From the NCBI GenBank assembly GCA_023667165.1, contig JAMPAO010000005.1:19-64018 (forward strand): DNA of 64,000 nt. The letters run 5' to 3'. Positions 18,814 to 29,445 of this stretch are shown one piece after another (position 1 is the stretch's first letter; the number at the start of each line of letters is the position of its first letter). The stretch comes from Ruminococcus sp. Its GTDB lineage: Bacteria; Bacillota; Clostridia; Oscillospirales; Ruminococcaceae. The notes below the pieces were generated by a model. It saw only the letters and a program-made list of their open reading frames with translations. It was not told where the DNA came from and did not search any database. The position numbers were made by a program, and so were the translations under genes.

Positions 18814-20886
18814 ATGAAAGAGAGAATTGCTGTTTTTGCGTACAGCGGCAGTTCCGAAGAAGCTGACGAATATGCCTTGTTTCTCTTGAAAGCTGCGAGA
18901 GAGAGCTTTTCATATATCATAACCTCTGTAAGCAAGGATTGCCCTGACAGCGCTTCGGCAGAAATAGGAGAAATATCGGATAAGGTGCTGGTTTCCGAAA
19001 ATAAAGCGCCGTTTTCCGCGTATTCCGAGGGAATAAGATATATAAAAGAAAACGGTCTTGATAAAAAATATGCTGAAGCTGTTCTGTTGGATGATTTTTT
19101 TTCCAAGCCGATTTGCAGCTTTGAAGAGCTGTTCGGAAAAATAGACGGATTTTCGGATAGTCCGGATTTTTGGAGCATATCCGGAGCGGCGGAAGCTTCG
19201 CCGAACGGCGTGGAGCATTTGCAGCCGCATTTTATCGCGGTATCGAAAAAAATGCTGGCATCATCCGAATTTGCCGATTTTTTGGATAATGCGAAGGGTG
19301 ATTTTTTCGGTCATTTTTCCGGCATCGGCTTTAAGCCGGCGGTCATTGAAGCGGATAACTTAGCGGATATCAGAAAAAATAACAGATCTGCGGCGCAGGC
19401 TGCCGCCGTAATCGGGAAATCAAGGCTTTTTAACCGCGGGCAGTATATAAGCAAGTATCCCGAGGCGTTAAGATACGGTCTTCCTCCCGAATATCACTAT
19501 CTCAACATAGGTTGGCGCAAGGGATTCGATCCTTCGGATGAATTTTCTTCAACAGAATATTTGCGGCTCAACAGCGACGTAAAGCAAAGCGGTATATGTC
19601 CTTTGCTGCATTTTGAGCGTTACGGCAAAAGAGAACGCAGACCCTATAAAACCGAAAACGGAAGCATGGTACGGGCAAATCGTCCGCTGTTTGACCTGAA
19701 ATTTATCGGCGGCAAAGCCAAAAACCTTCTGCGGCAGGTAAAATATTATTTTACTTTGAAAGTAGATCCCAACAAGATCCTTTTCCATGCTTTTCAGAAC
19801 GACTACACCTGCAATCCCAAATATATCTGCGAGGAGCTTCTCAGACAGGATCTGCCCTTCGAGATAGTGTGGATAGCCGATAAAAGCGGAAAGAAGGACG
19901 CCAATTTTCCAAGTCGTGTAAGACTTGTAAAATCGGGAACTCCGCAGGCTATGGCTGAGATCATGACGTCAAAAATAATCATTGACAACGGAGTGCTGCC
20001 GTTCAGAAATAAATTGTTTAAGAAAAAGGAACAAATATCCATAAACACATGGCACGGTTCGCTGGGTTTTAAGCGGCTTGACGGAAATCAACTGAAAAAA
20101 ACACGGATGACTTCAATGTTATATAACCAAATCAACGATTATATCATTTCCGACAGCGACTTCGAGGATAATGTTTTCAGAACCTCCAATTGGCAGAAAA
20201 CCGAATTTATCAAATGCGGACATCCGAGAAACGATATACTGATATCCTGCGGCAGGGAGAAAGCCGAGCTTATCAAAGCAAAGGTTTACAGTGCCTGCGG
20301 TATTCCCGAAAATCAAAGGGCGGTACTGTACGCGCCTACTTTCAGGGAAAAAATCGTCGATACCGAGCCGTCGGGACAAAAATCGGAAGAACTTGACCTC
20401 GATATTTTATGCGGCGCTCTGGAGGAGAAATTCGGCGGAGAATGGTGCGTTCTTATGCGCGCCCACTTCGTCAACGCCAAATCGGAAAGCTCCGTTTTTG
20501 CCGAGCGTCACCGGATCTGCAACGCCACGGATTATCCCGACATACAGGAGCTTATGATCGCGGCGGACGCGGGAGTTACCGACTATTCAAGCTGGATACT
20601 CGATTATATGTATACCCGCAAGCCTGCCTTTCTCTACACTCCCGATTACGAGGACTACGATATGCAGAGAGGCTTCTATTACCCTCTTTCCGAGTCCCCT
20701 TTCCCCGCGGCAAAGAACAATAAGGAGCTTTCGCGGGTGATAAAGGAATTTGACGGCGGCGAATACAGCAGGAAGATCGATGAATTCCTTAAAAGCAAGG
20801 GCAGCCGCGAGGACGGCTGCGGAAGCAAGGCGGCAGCAGAGGCGATAAAGAAGCTTATGAATTACAAGGAGGACAAGAGCCAATGA
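18814..20886 (+). CDS. CDP-alditol/glycerol phosphotransferase (TagF/TagB family) with an N-terminal accessory domain
   Basis: 690 aa. C-terminal TagF-family motifs NTWHGSLGFKR, LYAPTFRE, TDYSSWILDY. The N-terminal ~200 aa contain HLQPHFIAVSKK (tentatively RgpF-like). HYxxxG/HFERYGKRERR repeats at nt 19428-19641. Confidence 0.75.
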   Translation: MKERIAVFAYSGSSEEADEYALFLLKAARESFSYIITSVSKDCPDSASAEIGEISDKVLVSENKAPFSAYSEGIRYIKENGLDKKYAEAVLLDDFFSKPICSFEELFGKIDGFSDSPDFWSISGAAEASPNGVEHLQPHFIAVSKKMLASSEFADFLDNAKGDFFGHFSGIGFKPAVIEADNLADIRKNNRSAAQAAAVIGKSRLFNRGQYISKYPEALRYGLPPEYHYLNIGWRKGFDPSDEFSSTEYLRLNSDVKQSGICPLLHFERYGKRERRPYKTENGSMVRANRPLFDLKFIGGKAKNLLRQVKYYFTLKVDPNKILFHAFQNDYTCNPKYICEELLRQDLPFEIVWIADKSGKKDANFPSRVRLVKSGTPQAMAEIMTSKIIIDNGVLPFRNKLFKKKEQISINTWHGSLGFKRLDGNQLKKTRMTSMLYNQINDYIISDSDFEDNVFRTSNWQKTEFIKCGHPRNDILISCGREKAELIKAKVYSACGIPENQRAVLYAPTFREKIVDTEPSGQKSEELDLDILCGALEEKFGGEWCVLMRAHFVNAKSESSVFAERHRICNATDYPDIQELMIAADAGVTDYSSWILDYMYTRKPAFLYTPDYEDYDMQRGFYYPLSESPFPAAKNNKELSRVIKEFDGGEYSRKIDEFLKSKGSREDGCGSKAAAEAIKKLMNYKEDKSQ

Positions 20887-21602
20887 ACGCGGCAGTTATT
20901 TTCGCGGGAGGAGTAGGACAGCGTATGCGGTTGGCTGCCGTTCCGAAGCAGTTTCTGGAGCTTCACGGAAAGCCGATAATCATATATACCTTGGAGCAGT
21001 TCGACAATCACCCCGATATAGACGGGATAGTTATCGCTTGTCTTGAATCCCATATAGCATACCTTGAAAAGCTGATCAAGAAATTCGGTATAGAAAAGGT
21101 AAAAGCGGTAGTTCCCGGAGGCGCTACGGGGCAGGAGTCCATATTCAACGGCATTGAAAAGGCTTCCCGGCTGTTTCCGGAGGATACGGTGCTGCTCATT
21201 CACGACGCTGTGCGTCCTCTTATCACTGCGGAGCTTATAACGGAAAATATCGGATCGGTGAAAAGCTGCGGCAGCGGAGTTACCGTTTCTCCCGCCATTG
21301 AAACCATCACGGTAAAGGGAGAATTCGAGGGCGAGGTGGGCGAGATAATCACCCGCGACCGCTGTCAGCTTGCCAAAGCGCCGCAGAGCTTTATTCTGAA
21401 AGATATCCTGGACGCCCATCTCAAGGCGAGAGCGGAGGGCAAAAACGATTTTATAGACTCCGCCTGTCTTATGAGGCATTACGGATATAAGCTGCACACA
21501 GTGGAGGGCAGCACTGACAATATAAAAATAACCACGCCCACGGATTTTTACACATTCAGGGCAATTGTTGAGGCGCGGGAAAATTCTCAGATATTCGGTT
21601 AA
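20883..21602 (+). CDS. IspD/TarI-family cytidylyltransferase (likely ribitol-5-phosphate cytidylyltransferase)
   Basis: AAVIFAGGVGQRMRLAAVPKQFLELHGKPII; 239 aa. ATGA overlap with the TagF-like gene. Confidence 0.75.
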   Translation: MNAAVIFAGGVGQRMRLAAVPKQFLELHGKPIIIYTLEQFDNHPDIDGIVIACLESHIAYLEKLIKKFGIEKVKAVVPGGATGQESIFNGIEKASRLFPEDTVLLIHDAVRPLITAELITENIGSVKSCGSGVTVSPAIETITVKGEFEGEVGEIITRDRCQLAKAPQSFILKDILDAHLKARAEGKNDFIDSACLMRHYGYKLHTVEGSTDNIKITTPTDFYTFRAIVEARENSQIFG

Positions 21603-21615
21603 GGAGCGTATATAA

Positions 21616-22662
21616 ATGAATTCTGTTCTCAGAGAGGATATTTTGTCGGTCATAGGCGATACCGGAATACCTTGGGATATGCTTGAGGGGAAAACGGTTT
21701 TTATTACGGGAGCTGCGGGACTTATAGGAAGCGTACTGGCAAAATCTCTGTTAAGCCTTGAAAACCGCAGTGTGAAGGTTGTCGCCATGGCAAGAAGCAG
21801 GGAAAAGGCGGAAAGAGTATTTGCCGATTTTTCGGGGAACGACAGGCTTGAGATCTGCGAGGGAGATATCAACAGCGGGATATCCTATCCGGGCGGCGTT
21901 CATTATATTATTCACGGGGCAAGCGTAACGTCAAGCAAAATGATGGCGGAACGCCCTGTTGACGTTATAATGACCGCTGTGGGAGGCACGGCAAACGTTT
22001 TGGAATTTGCGCGCAAAAAAAACGCCGAAAGGACGATATTCTTATCCTCAATGGAGATATACGGCATTCCCGGGACCGATGAAAAAATATACGAGGACAG
22101 CTACAAATACCTTGATCATATGAACGTAAGAAGCAGCTATCCCGAAAGCAAAAGACTTGCGGAAACACTGTGCGTTTCCTATGCAAAGCAGTACGGTCTT
22201 GCGGTAGGTATCGTTCGTCTTACCCAGACCTTCGGCGCGGGAGCGGAGTTCGGCGACGGCAGAGCCTTTGCGGATTTTGCCCGCAATGCGGTAACGGGTA
22301 AGAATATCATTCTCCGCACCAAGGGAGAAACAAAAAGAAATTACCTCTATACAGCCGACGCCGCGAGAGCCGTGCTTTATGTTATGCTCAAGGGCGCCTG
22401 CGGAGAGGCGTACAACGCGGCAAACGAAAATACCTACTGCACCGTTTATCGGATGGCGCAGACTGCCGCCGAGCTGGGGAAAGGCTGCTGTGTGGAGATA
22501 CAGGAAAGCGAGATATCCGAATTCGGCTACGCTCCGCCGCTTAAAATGAACCTTTCAGCGGAGAAGCTGCGGAGTCTGGGCTGGGAAGCAAAGTATGACC
22601 TTAAAGAAATGTTTGAAAGAATGATGAGATATTGGAAAGAGGAGGGAGCGTATGAAGCCTAA
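21616..22662 (+). CDS. extended SDR (NAD-dependent epimerase/dehydratase/reductase family)
   Basis: VFITGAAGLIGSVLA (GxxGxxG), YPESKRLAE (YxxxK); 348 aa. Confidence 0.75.
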   Translation: MNSVLREDILSVIGDTGIPWDMLEGKTVFITGAAGLIGSVLAKSLLSLENRSVKVVAMARSREKAERVFADFSGNDRLEICEGDINSGISYPGGVHYIIHGASVTSSKMMAERPVDVIMTAVGGTANVLEFARKKNAERTIFLSSMEIYGIPGTDEKIYEDSYKYLDHMNVRSSYPESKRLAETLCVSYAKQYGLAVGIVRLTQTFGAGAEFGDGRAFADFARNAVTGKNIILRTKGETKRNYLYTADAARAVLYVMLKGACGEAYNAANENTYCTVYRMAQTAAELGKGCCVEIQESEISEFGYAPPLKMNLSAEKLRSLGWEAKYDLKEMFERMMRYWKEEGAYEA

Positions 22663-24421
22663 GGTTTCCGTATTAATGGCTGTATTTAACGGCGGCGAGG
22701 GGCTGCGGGACTCGATAGGCTCTCTCTGCCATCAGACCCTGAGGGAGATAGAAATAGTATGCGTCGACGACTGTTCCACGGACAATTCCGCGCAGATAAT
22801 ACGTGAGCTGGCGGAAAACGATCCCAGAATAAAGCTCGTTTCCTCGGAGGAAAATATGGGAACGGTATATTCCAGAAAAGCGGGCGTGAAAAACGCTTCG
22901 GGAGAGTATCTGATGTTCATGGATCAGGACGATGAATACGAGCTTTTCGCAGCCGAGGAGCTTTACGCCATGGCAAAGGAAAAGAACGCGGATATAGTTC
23001 ATTTCCGTTCCCGCGTAATAGCCGTTCCTCCCACTACGGAAAATCAGCGGAAATGGCAGGAGGATTTCATGGCGCCCTATGACGGCTTTCTTTACGGCAA
23101 TGACGTTTTCGACGGCTGTTTCGGGAAAAATCCCCATGAGGAAAAGACCTGGTACAAGTACACATGGAATTTGTGGAATAAGATCTACAGGACGGACGTC
23201 TGCAAAAAAGCCATGGAGAAATGCACCGACGAATACATTATAAACGGCGACGATATGTATGTTTATATGCTCATATCCGACTGCGCCGAGTCCTATTACG
23301 GGGACGCAAAGGGAAAATTTTACCATATATACAGCTTAGGATCGGGACTTATGGGCAATCACAAGCTCACGCTGCGGCGGTTTTACACCATTGTCAGGCG
23401 GGTAACGGGACTGGAAAGCGAAAAAAAGCTTTTTTCCGAAATGGGCGAACGCTACCGCGAGGCTTACGAGATAGACCTGCGAAGAGGACTTCAGGGCATA
23501 GTGGAACGGTGGTATCTCCGTCTGGAGCCGATGAGCTACGGAAACGGATATGACATGATGCTGTCATATGCGGATCCTGCGGATATTATTGCGGCGTTTG
23601 AAAAGCATCTTCGGGTGGGGAATGTAAAGCTGTTTAATGCGGCAAAAAATTCCGTCAGTATGCAGATCACCCATAAATATACCAAGCAGGCGGCTGTTTA
23701 CGCGGATAAAAATACCGATTTGAACGCGCTGGAAAACGCGGTAAAGGTATGGCGGTCAAAAGGGTATAAAATTATTTATATAACCGAGCATGACGGGGAG
23801 GCGGAGCTGCCCTTTAAGGAGATCACGCCGCTGCACAGGCTTGCTCCCGAAAAAAAGGACGCTTTGTATTATGAATATCCGTACAGGGAGCGGCTGAGAA
23901 GTCTGAAAAATATACTGGAGATGAACAATATCGACTGTCTGGTGTATTTTACGAATATACGGCACAATTATATTTACGATCTGCTGCTGACGAAGTCCCT
24001 GGGGAGAAAGTTCACCGTATATGCAGCCGATTATCCGAAATTCAAAAAGGAACGCGCTCCGGCAAAATTCCGCGAATATACGGATACCCTTGAATGCAGC
24101 GACGGAGTTATGCTGCCGGCAGGCTGTGAAAACGTTTCTGCCAATGCATTCAAATACAGCCGTGAATTAGACTTTGGCGATATTTTCGTTTTGGAGCCTC
24201 CGTCAAACGCCATAGCGGCGGAGCTGGAAAGCATCATTGAGGACGACGAGTTCAAGGCAATGTGCGAAAAACTGGCTTTTAGGAGAATGTACAAAAAAAG
24301 CGGAGCTAAAGACAGGCTCAAGCTCATCGCAAAAAAAATACTCCGTGTTTTCGGAGTTCACAAGGATTATTACTGCTCCGACCACAACAGCTATTTAATG
24401 CTGAAGAAATTGGAGGGATAA
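22652..24421 (+). CDS. GT2 glycosyltransferase with a ~330-aa C-terminal extension
   Basis: VSVLMAVFNGGEGLRDSIGSLCHQTLREIEIVCVDDCSTDNS, FMDQDDE; 589 aa. Confidence 0.75.
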   Translation: MKPKVSVLMAVFNGGEGLRDSIGSLCHQTLREIEIVCVDDCSTDNSAQIIRELAENDPRIKLVSSEENMGTVYSRKAGVKNASGEYLMFMDQDDEYELFAAEELYAMAKEKNADIVHFRSRVIAVPPTTENQRKWQEDFMAPYDGFLYGNDVFDGCFGKNPHEEKTWYKYTWNLWNKIYRTDVCKKAMEKCTDEYIINGDDMYVYMLISDCAESYYGDAKGKFYHIYSLGSGLMGNHKLTLRRFYTIVRRVTGLESEKKLFSEMGERYREAYEIDLRRGLQGIVERWYLRLEPMSYGNGYDMMLSYADPADIIAAFEKHLRVGNVKLFNAAKNSVSMQITHKYTKQAAVYADKNTDLNALENAVKVWRSKGYKIIYITEHDGEAELPFKEITPLHRLAPEKKDALYYEYPYRERLRSLKNILEMNNIDCLVYFTNIRHNYIYDLLLTKSLGRKFTVYAADYPKFKKERAPAKFREYTDTLECSDGVMLPAGCENVSANAFKYSRELDFGDIFVLEPPSNAIAAELESIIEDDEFKAMCEKLAFRRMYKKSGAKDRLKLIAKKILRVFGVHKDYYCSDHNSYLMLKKLEG

Positions 24422-24501
24422 AAGGCAATCTGCAAAGTCGGTTGTGAGGGAGAGGGGAATACATGCAGTGCGGAAGCATTATTTAAAAATGTGAAATCTA
24501 T

Positions 24502-24530
24502 TTGACATTTTGTGATGTTAATGATATAAT
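24502..24530 (+). promoter_or_regulatory. consensus sigma-A promoter candidate inside the cluster
   Basis: TTGACA (24502-24507), 17-nt spacer, TATAAT (24525-24530), 35 nt upstream of the 24565 start. Confidence 0.6.
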
Positions 24531-24564
24531 AATGATTAGGCTCACAGTAAAAAAAGGAGAAAAA

Positions 24565-26583
24565 ATGCTTAATAAAATAAAAAAAATATTAACAAACCCT
24601 GTTTACATTGTCATAGTTATATTTATGCTTGTTATAGTGTTCAAGTCGGTTACTATAGTTAAAGCTGTTAATGCTGTATACAGTGAGGATGTCAATTTGG
24701 ACAATATAACTGTTAGAGGGTATACCTATGAGAATTATACTTTAACTCCTATAAATGATGCTCCGCAGATAAATATTCCATGTTCAAAAGAAACAGTAAA
24801 TTTAATTACAATTAATTTTGCAGAACCTGTTTATACGGGTGGTGACGCAAAAATATATTACTCGGTGGATGAAGACCAAGGATTAAGTGAAGCTAAATCT
24901 ATTTATGTTCCGGTGCCTGTAGATGCTACGCAAATTTTTGTTGAATTGCCGTACGAAGCTGTCTATACACGAGTAAGATTTGATATGTCCAGTGTTTTTG
25001 TATTGGGTTCTATAGAATGGCATAGGGGGGGATTGAATAATATAATACAAATAAATTATGGGTTAATAATAGTGAGCATAATTTTAGCTATAATAATTTT
25101 GATGGTATATTTCACATTTAGAAAGCAAATTGACGGTGTTATATTAAGGATTATTTCGAAATATCGTAATGAATCCGTCTTTGTCCTTGAATCTTCTTAT
25201 AAGGTTACGCTTTCCAAATTATATTTGATTTTGTCGATATCTTTTGGAATTATGATTATTTTTTTATGCCCCCCAAATTCAATGCCTGATGAGCAGGTAC
25301 ATTTTAATGTTGCTGTAAGCATATCAAGAGGAAACTTTTTTGGTAAACATGATGAAAACGGTCGTTTGGGATATTTAAATTTTTACGATGAGGTAGAATT
25401 GCTGCCAGTGTATAGAAAGAGTGTTTATCCGGAAACTTTCACTTATAGCGACGCTCAATATTATTATAATAAAAAACAACCGTTAAATCCCACTTTTAAT
25501 CCTATCGGATTATCTAATCCTGTTGGGTATTTGGTTTCCGGATTGGGTATGTCAATTGCTCAAACATTATTAAGGAAAGTTCCGTCTGCATATACGTTAA
25601 TGATTATAGGAAGATGTAGTAATCTTTTGTTCGCAGCCGTAGTAATGTCCTATTCCATTAGAAAATCAAGGGTTCTAAACAATACTATGTTTTTATTGGG
25701 GTTAATGCCAATGACATTATATCAATGTTCATCTATTTCTTATGACGCTATAACTTTTTCAGCGGTATATTTATTATTTGCAGTTAGTAATAATATATTT
25801 TTTTCTAAGGAAAATTATATTATTACTGTCAAAGATATCTGCTTAGTATGCATAGCAAGTTTTATGCTTTTTGGTTCTAAAGGAGGAGTATTCGCAACTT
25901 TTACATTAGTTCTTTTGGCTATAGAAATAAAAAAATTTGGAAATAAAAAGAGATATTTTTTTTGTATAGGTCTTATTGTTTTTACAGCAATAATAGCTTA
26001 TATTGTTCCAAGGTTAATAATACATTCTCTTACTATAGAATCGGGTTATATCGATGACATAAGAATAAGCCAACAACAGGAATATTTAATGTCAAATTTA
26101 AATCAAATTCCCATAATTATTTTTGAAACATTTAAAAAATATGGATCAAAATATTGGGAGGAATATATTGGATGTTTAGGTTACTTTGATGTTCATATAC
26201 CGTATCCGTATCTTGTGGCATATACAATTGCTTTAATAATATCATGCCTTATTGAAGTGTGTATGGTAAAAAATATGAAATTAAATTTTAGAATGTTGTC
26301 ATTAATTGCAAGTATTATTTCTTTTATGGGGATAGTATTCAGTATGTATTTATCTTATGCTGCTATAAAAGACAGAGTGGGGGGTGTTTTGGCAATTGGA
26401 ATACAGGGACGTTATTTTATTCCGCTTACACTTTTTGTTATTATTTTTTTTGCGAATCCATTGCTTTGCAAATTCAAATATACACCCAATATCATGCAGT
26501 TCGATGAATGTCTTGTTAAAATAGGCGGAATAACATCTTGTTTAATAACTGTTTTTTCGTTGTTTGTTGTATATTGGCTCTGA
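24565..26583 (+). CDS. large polytopic membrane protein, DUF2142-like (putative GT-C type glycosyltransferase)
   Basis: About 672 aa from ATG 24565 (AGGAGA RBS). More than 10 hydrophobic segments. PPNSMPDEQVHFNVA motif after the first loop, as I recall for DUF2142. Very AT-rich gene. Confidence 0.6.
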   Translation: MLNKIKKILTNPVYIVIVIFMLVIVFKSVTIVKAVNAVYSEDVNLDNITVRGYTYENYTLTPINDAPQINIPCSKETVNLITINFAEPVYTGGDAKIYYSVDEDQGLSEAKSIYVPVPVDATQIFVELPYEAVYTRVRFDMSSVFVLGSIEWHRGGLNNIIQINYGLIIVSIILAIIILMVYFTFRKQIDGVILRIISKYRNESVFVLESSYKVTLSKLYLILSISFGIMIIFLCPPNSMPDEQVHFNVAVSISRGNFFGKHDENGRLGYLNFYDEVELLPVYRKSVYPETFTYSDAQYYYNKKQPLNPTFNPIGLSNPVGYLVSGLGMSIAQTLLRKVPSAYTLMIIGRCSNLLFAAVVMSYSIRKSRVLNNTMFLLGLMPMTLYQCSSISYDAITFSAVYLLFAVSNNIFFSKENYIITVKDICLVCIASFMLFGSKGGVFATFTLVLLAIEIKKFGNKKRYFFCIGLIVFTAIIAYIVPRLIIHSLTIESGYIDDIRISQQQEYLMSNLNQIPIIIFETFKKYGSKYWEEYIGCLGYFDVHIPYPYLVAYTIALIISCLIEVCMVKNMKLNFRMLSLIASIISFMGIVFSMYLSYAAIKDRVGGVLAIGIQGRYFIPLTLFVIIFFANPLLCKFKYTPNIMQFDECLVKIGGITSCLITVFSLFVVYWL

Positions 26584-26708
26584 AAACGGTTTCGCTAATT
26601 TTACTAAAACATCTTTATCTCACCCTTGCTGCTTGCCCCGTGCTTTCCGAAATCAAAGCCGGACAAATGAAAACGTACGGGTAAAAATAATAATTGGAGG
26701 AATTAATA

Positions 26709-27488
26709 ATGATTATAAGCGTTGTTTCAACGGTATTCAATGACAAGAAATCACTTAAAACGATTATGGAAACGGTTTTAAGCCAAACGTACACTGATAT
26801 TGAGCATTGCATAGTTGACGGCGGATCGGAAGACGGCAGCGTTGAGCTGCTGCAGGAATATGAAGCAAAATACCGTGAAGCGGGAAAAGTGCTGAAATGG
26901 TTTTCCGAAAAGGATAGCGGATTATATGACGGAATAAATAAAGCCTGCAATATGGCAACAGGCGATTACATGATTTGGTGTACAGATCCGTATTACAGTA
27001 AAAACTCGATAGCTGAAATAGCTGAGGAAATAAAAAAACAAAACTATGATTATGTATACGGTGGAATAATATTTCAGAAAGACGGCGTGATCACACGCCA
27101 ATGGAGCGGCAAGCCCGGCAACTGGAAATTGGGTTGGATGGCTGCAAATTCCACCTTGTGTTATAAAAGAGAATTGTTTCATAAGCACGGTCCATATGAT
27201 ATATCTTATAAGTCGGCTGCCGATTATAAGTTTCAGGTCAAATTATTTCAAGATACATCGCTTAAATCATCGGCAATAATAAAGCCCTTGGTAATATTTT
27301 GTGCCGGAGGGGCAAGCAATGGAGGAGTGATGGCAAATTTGATCTCTATAAAAGAAGATTTCCGCGTAATGCGGGAATGCAATGTTAAATTTGGCTGGTT
27401 TGCCGTTATATGCAAAATAATAATAGCGTTCTTTGCATACGCATTCGCTTCACGTAAAAAATTTGATTTGGAGGAACACATGAAATGA
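26709..27488 (+). CDS. GT2 glycosyltransferase
   Basis: [51 protein letters not shown] upstream of ATG 26709. Confidence 0.8.
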   Translation: MIISVVSTVFNDKKSLKTIMETVLSQTYTDIEHCIVDGGSEDGSVELLQEYEAKYREAGKVLKWFSEKDSGLYDGINKACNMATGDYMIWCTDPYYSKNSIAEIAEEIKKQNYDYVYGGIIFQKDGVITRQWSGKPGNWKLGWMAANSTLCYKRELFHKHGPYDISYKSAADYKFQVKLFQDTSLKSSAIIKPLVIFCAGGASNGGVMANLISIKEDFRVMRECNVKFGWFAVICKIIIAFFAYAFASRKKFDLEEHMK

Positions 27489-28516
27489 AAAAAGCACTGA
27501 TAACCGGCGTAAACGGTCAGGACGGGTCTTATCTTTCCGAATTTCTTTTGGAAAAGGGTTACGACGTCCACGGCATTGTCCGCAGAAGCTCGGTGGACAA
27601 AAAGGACAGGATCGAGCATTTAATGGGCGAGAAAAATTTTCATCTCCATTTCGGTGACATGACCGATTCTATAAGTCTTGTAAAGACGGTTGCCGAGGTG
27701 CAGCCCGATGAGATATACAATTTGGCGGCGCAAAGTCATGTTAAGGTTTCCTTTGAAGTACCGGAATACACGGCGGACGCAGACGCTGTGGGCACTCTGA
27801 GAATGCTTGAAGCCATAAGAATGGCGGGACTGGAGAAAAGCTGCAAGTTTTATCAGGCGTCAACATCCGAGCTTTACGGCAAGGTACAGGAAATTCCCCA
27901 AAGGGAAACCACGCCCTTTTATCCATATTCGCCCTATGCCGCTGCAAAGCAGTATGCGTTTTGGATAGTGCGGAATTATCGGGAGGCTTACGGCATTTTT
28001 GCCTGCAACGGTATACTTTTTAATCACGAGTCCGAGCGCAGGGGAGAAACCTTTGTTACCCGTAAGATAACGCTGGCGGCTGCCAATATTGCGGCGGGCA
28101 GACAGGACAGGCTGTATCTGGGAAATCTGGACGCTTTGCGGGACTGGGGTTATGCAAAGGATTACGTTGAATGTATGTGGCTTATTTTGCAGCACACTGA
28201 ACCGGACGATTTTGTTATTGCCACCGGAGAGCAGTATTCCGTAAGGGATTTCTGCACCCTGTCCTTTAAGTTTGCGGGAATTGAGCTGGAGTGGCAGGGA
28301 AAAGGGATCGACGAAAAAGGAATAGACAAAAAAACCGGAAAGATCCTGGTAGAGGTTTCGCCGGAGTTTTTCCGTCCCACGGATGTTGTTACCCTTTTGG
28401 GCGATCCGACCAAAGCCAAAGAAATTCTCGGTTGGAATCCCAGGAAGACTTCCTTTGAGGAGCTGGTGAGGAGAATGACGGAGAATGATGTGAAAGCGAT
28501 TAAAGGAGAGGTTTGA
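27485..28516 (+). CDS. gmd: GDP-mannose 4,6-dehydratase
   Basis: [65 protein letters not shown]; 343 aa. Confidence 0.92.
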   Translation: MKKALITGVNGQDGSYLSEFLLEKGYDVHGIVRRSSVDKKDRIEHLMGEKNFHLHFGDMTDSISLVKTVAEVQPDEIYNLAAQSHVKVSFEVPEYTADADAVGTLRMLEAIRMAGLEKSCKFYQASTSELYGKVQEIPQRETTPFYPYSPYAAAKQYAFWIVRNYREAYGIFACNGILFNHESERRGETFVTRKITLAAANIAAGRQDRLYLGNLDALRDWGYAKDYVECMWLILQHTEPDDFVIATGEQYSVRDFCTLSFKFAGIELEWQGKGIDEKGIDKKTGKILVEVSPEFFRPTDVVTLLGDPTKAKEILGWNPRKTSFEELVRRMTENDVKAIKGEV

Positions 28517-29445
28517 GTATGATACTGGTTACAGGTGCAACGGGATTTCTGGGGAAAAGGGTATGTAAAAAACTGGATGAATTGCAGCTTGATTATAAAA
28601 AAACGTCGCTTAGTTTGGGTACGGATCTGAGAGATGAGCAGCAGACCCTTAAATTGTTTGAAGAGACAAGACCCGACTATGTTTTGCATTGCGCTTCGTA
28701 TGTGGGAGGTATTCAGTTTGGCATGAAGCACACAGCGGAAATGTACAGGAACGGGCTGCTGATGCAGGTAAATATGTTCGAGGCGTGCAGAAAATACAAT
28801 GTAAAACGGCTGGTCAATCCAATTTCGAACTGCGCTTATCCAGGAGAGGCAACATTGTTTAAGGAAGACGAGTTTTGGAACGGACCTCTTCATGATTCCG
28901 TGCTGATATACGGAATGGTGAGGAAAATGTCGTATGTAGGCGCTGTAGCGTATCAAAGGCAGTATAATACGGATACGGTAAATCTGATCCTTTCCAATAT
29001 GTACGGTCCGGAGGATCATTTTGAAGCCGAGCGCTCGCATGCGCTGGGGGCTTTGATAATGAAGTTTGTTGACGCCAAGGAAAACGGCAAGCCCAACGTA
29101 TGCGTCTGGGGTACGGGAACGCCTGTCCGCGAATGGCTGCACGTTGACGACGGCGCATATGCAATGATCAGGGCAATGGATATTGAACCCTATGCCGATC
29201 CTATCAATATCGGAATAGCAAAGGGAATATCCATCAAGGATATGGCTCTTCTTATCAAAAAGATCGTGGGCTATGAGGGCGAGCTTGTATTTGACACGTC
29301 CAAGCTTGACGGAGCGCCCTATAAAACCGTAGACGGAAGCCTCGGTGAAAGACTTCTGCAGTGGAAGCCCTCAATTGATTTTGAAACGGGCGTCAGAGAA
29401 ACCGTGGAATGGTATATAAATTACAGAAAGGCGGCAGAAAAATGA
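28513..29445 (+). CDS. fcl: GDP-L-fucose synthase-like SDR (GDP-4-keto-6-deoxymannose epimerase/reductase)
   Basis: [49 protein letters not shown]; 310 aa. ATGA overlap with gmd. Confidence 0.7.
   Translation: MSMILVTGATGFLGKRVCKKLDELQLDYKKTSLSLGTDLRDEQQTLKLFEETRPDYVLHCASYVGGIQFGMKHTAEMYRNGLLMQVNMFEACRKYNVKRLVNPISNCAYPGEATLFKEDEFWNGPLHDSVLIYGMVRKMSYVGAVAYQRQYNTDTVNLILSNMYGPEDHFEAERSHALGALIMKFVDAKENGKPNVCVWGTGTPVREWLHVDDGAYAMIRAMDIEPYADPINIGIAKGISIKDMALLIKKIVGYEGELVFDTSKLDGAPYKTVDGSLGERLLQWKPSIDFETGVRETVEWYINYRKAAEK

Noticed and set aside
24565-26583. DUF2142-like protein as the missing Wzy polymerase
   Set aside because: Its size (~670 aa), its early PDExxH-type loop motif and its overall layout fit GT-C/DUF2142 proteins better than Wzy (typically 350-450 aa with a large late periplasmic loop). 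This cannot be excluded without profile searches.
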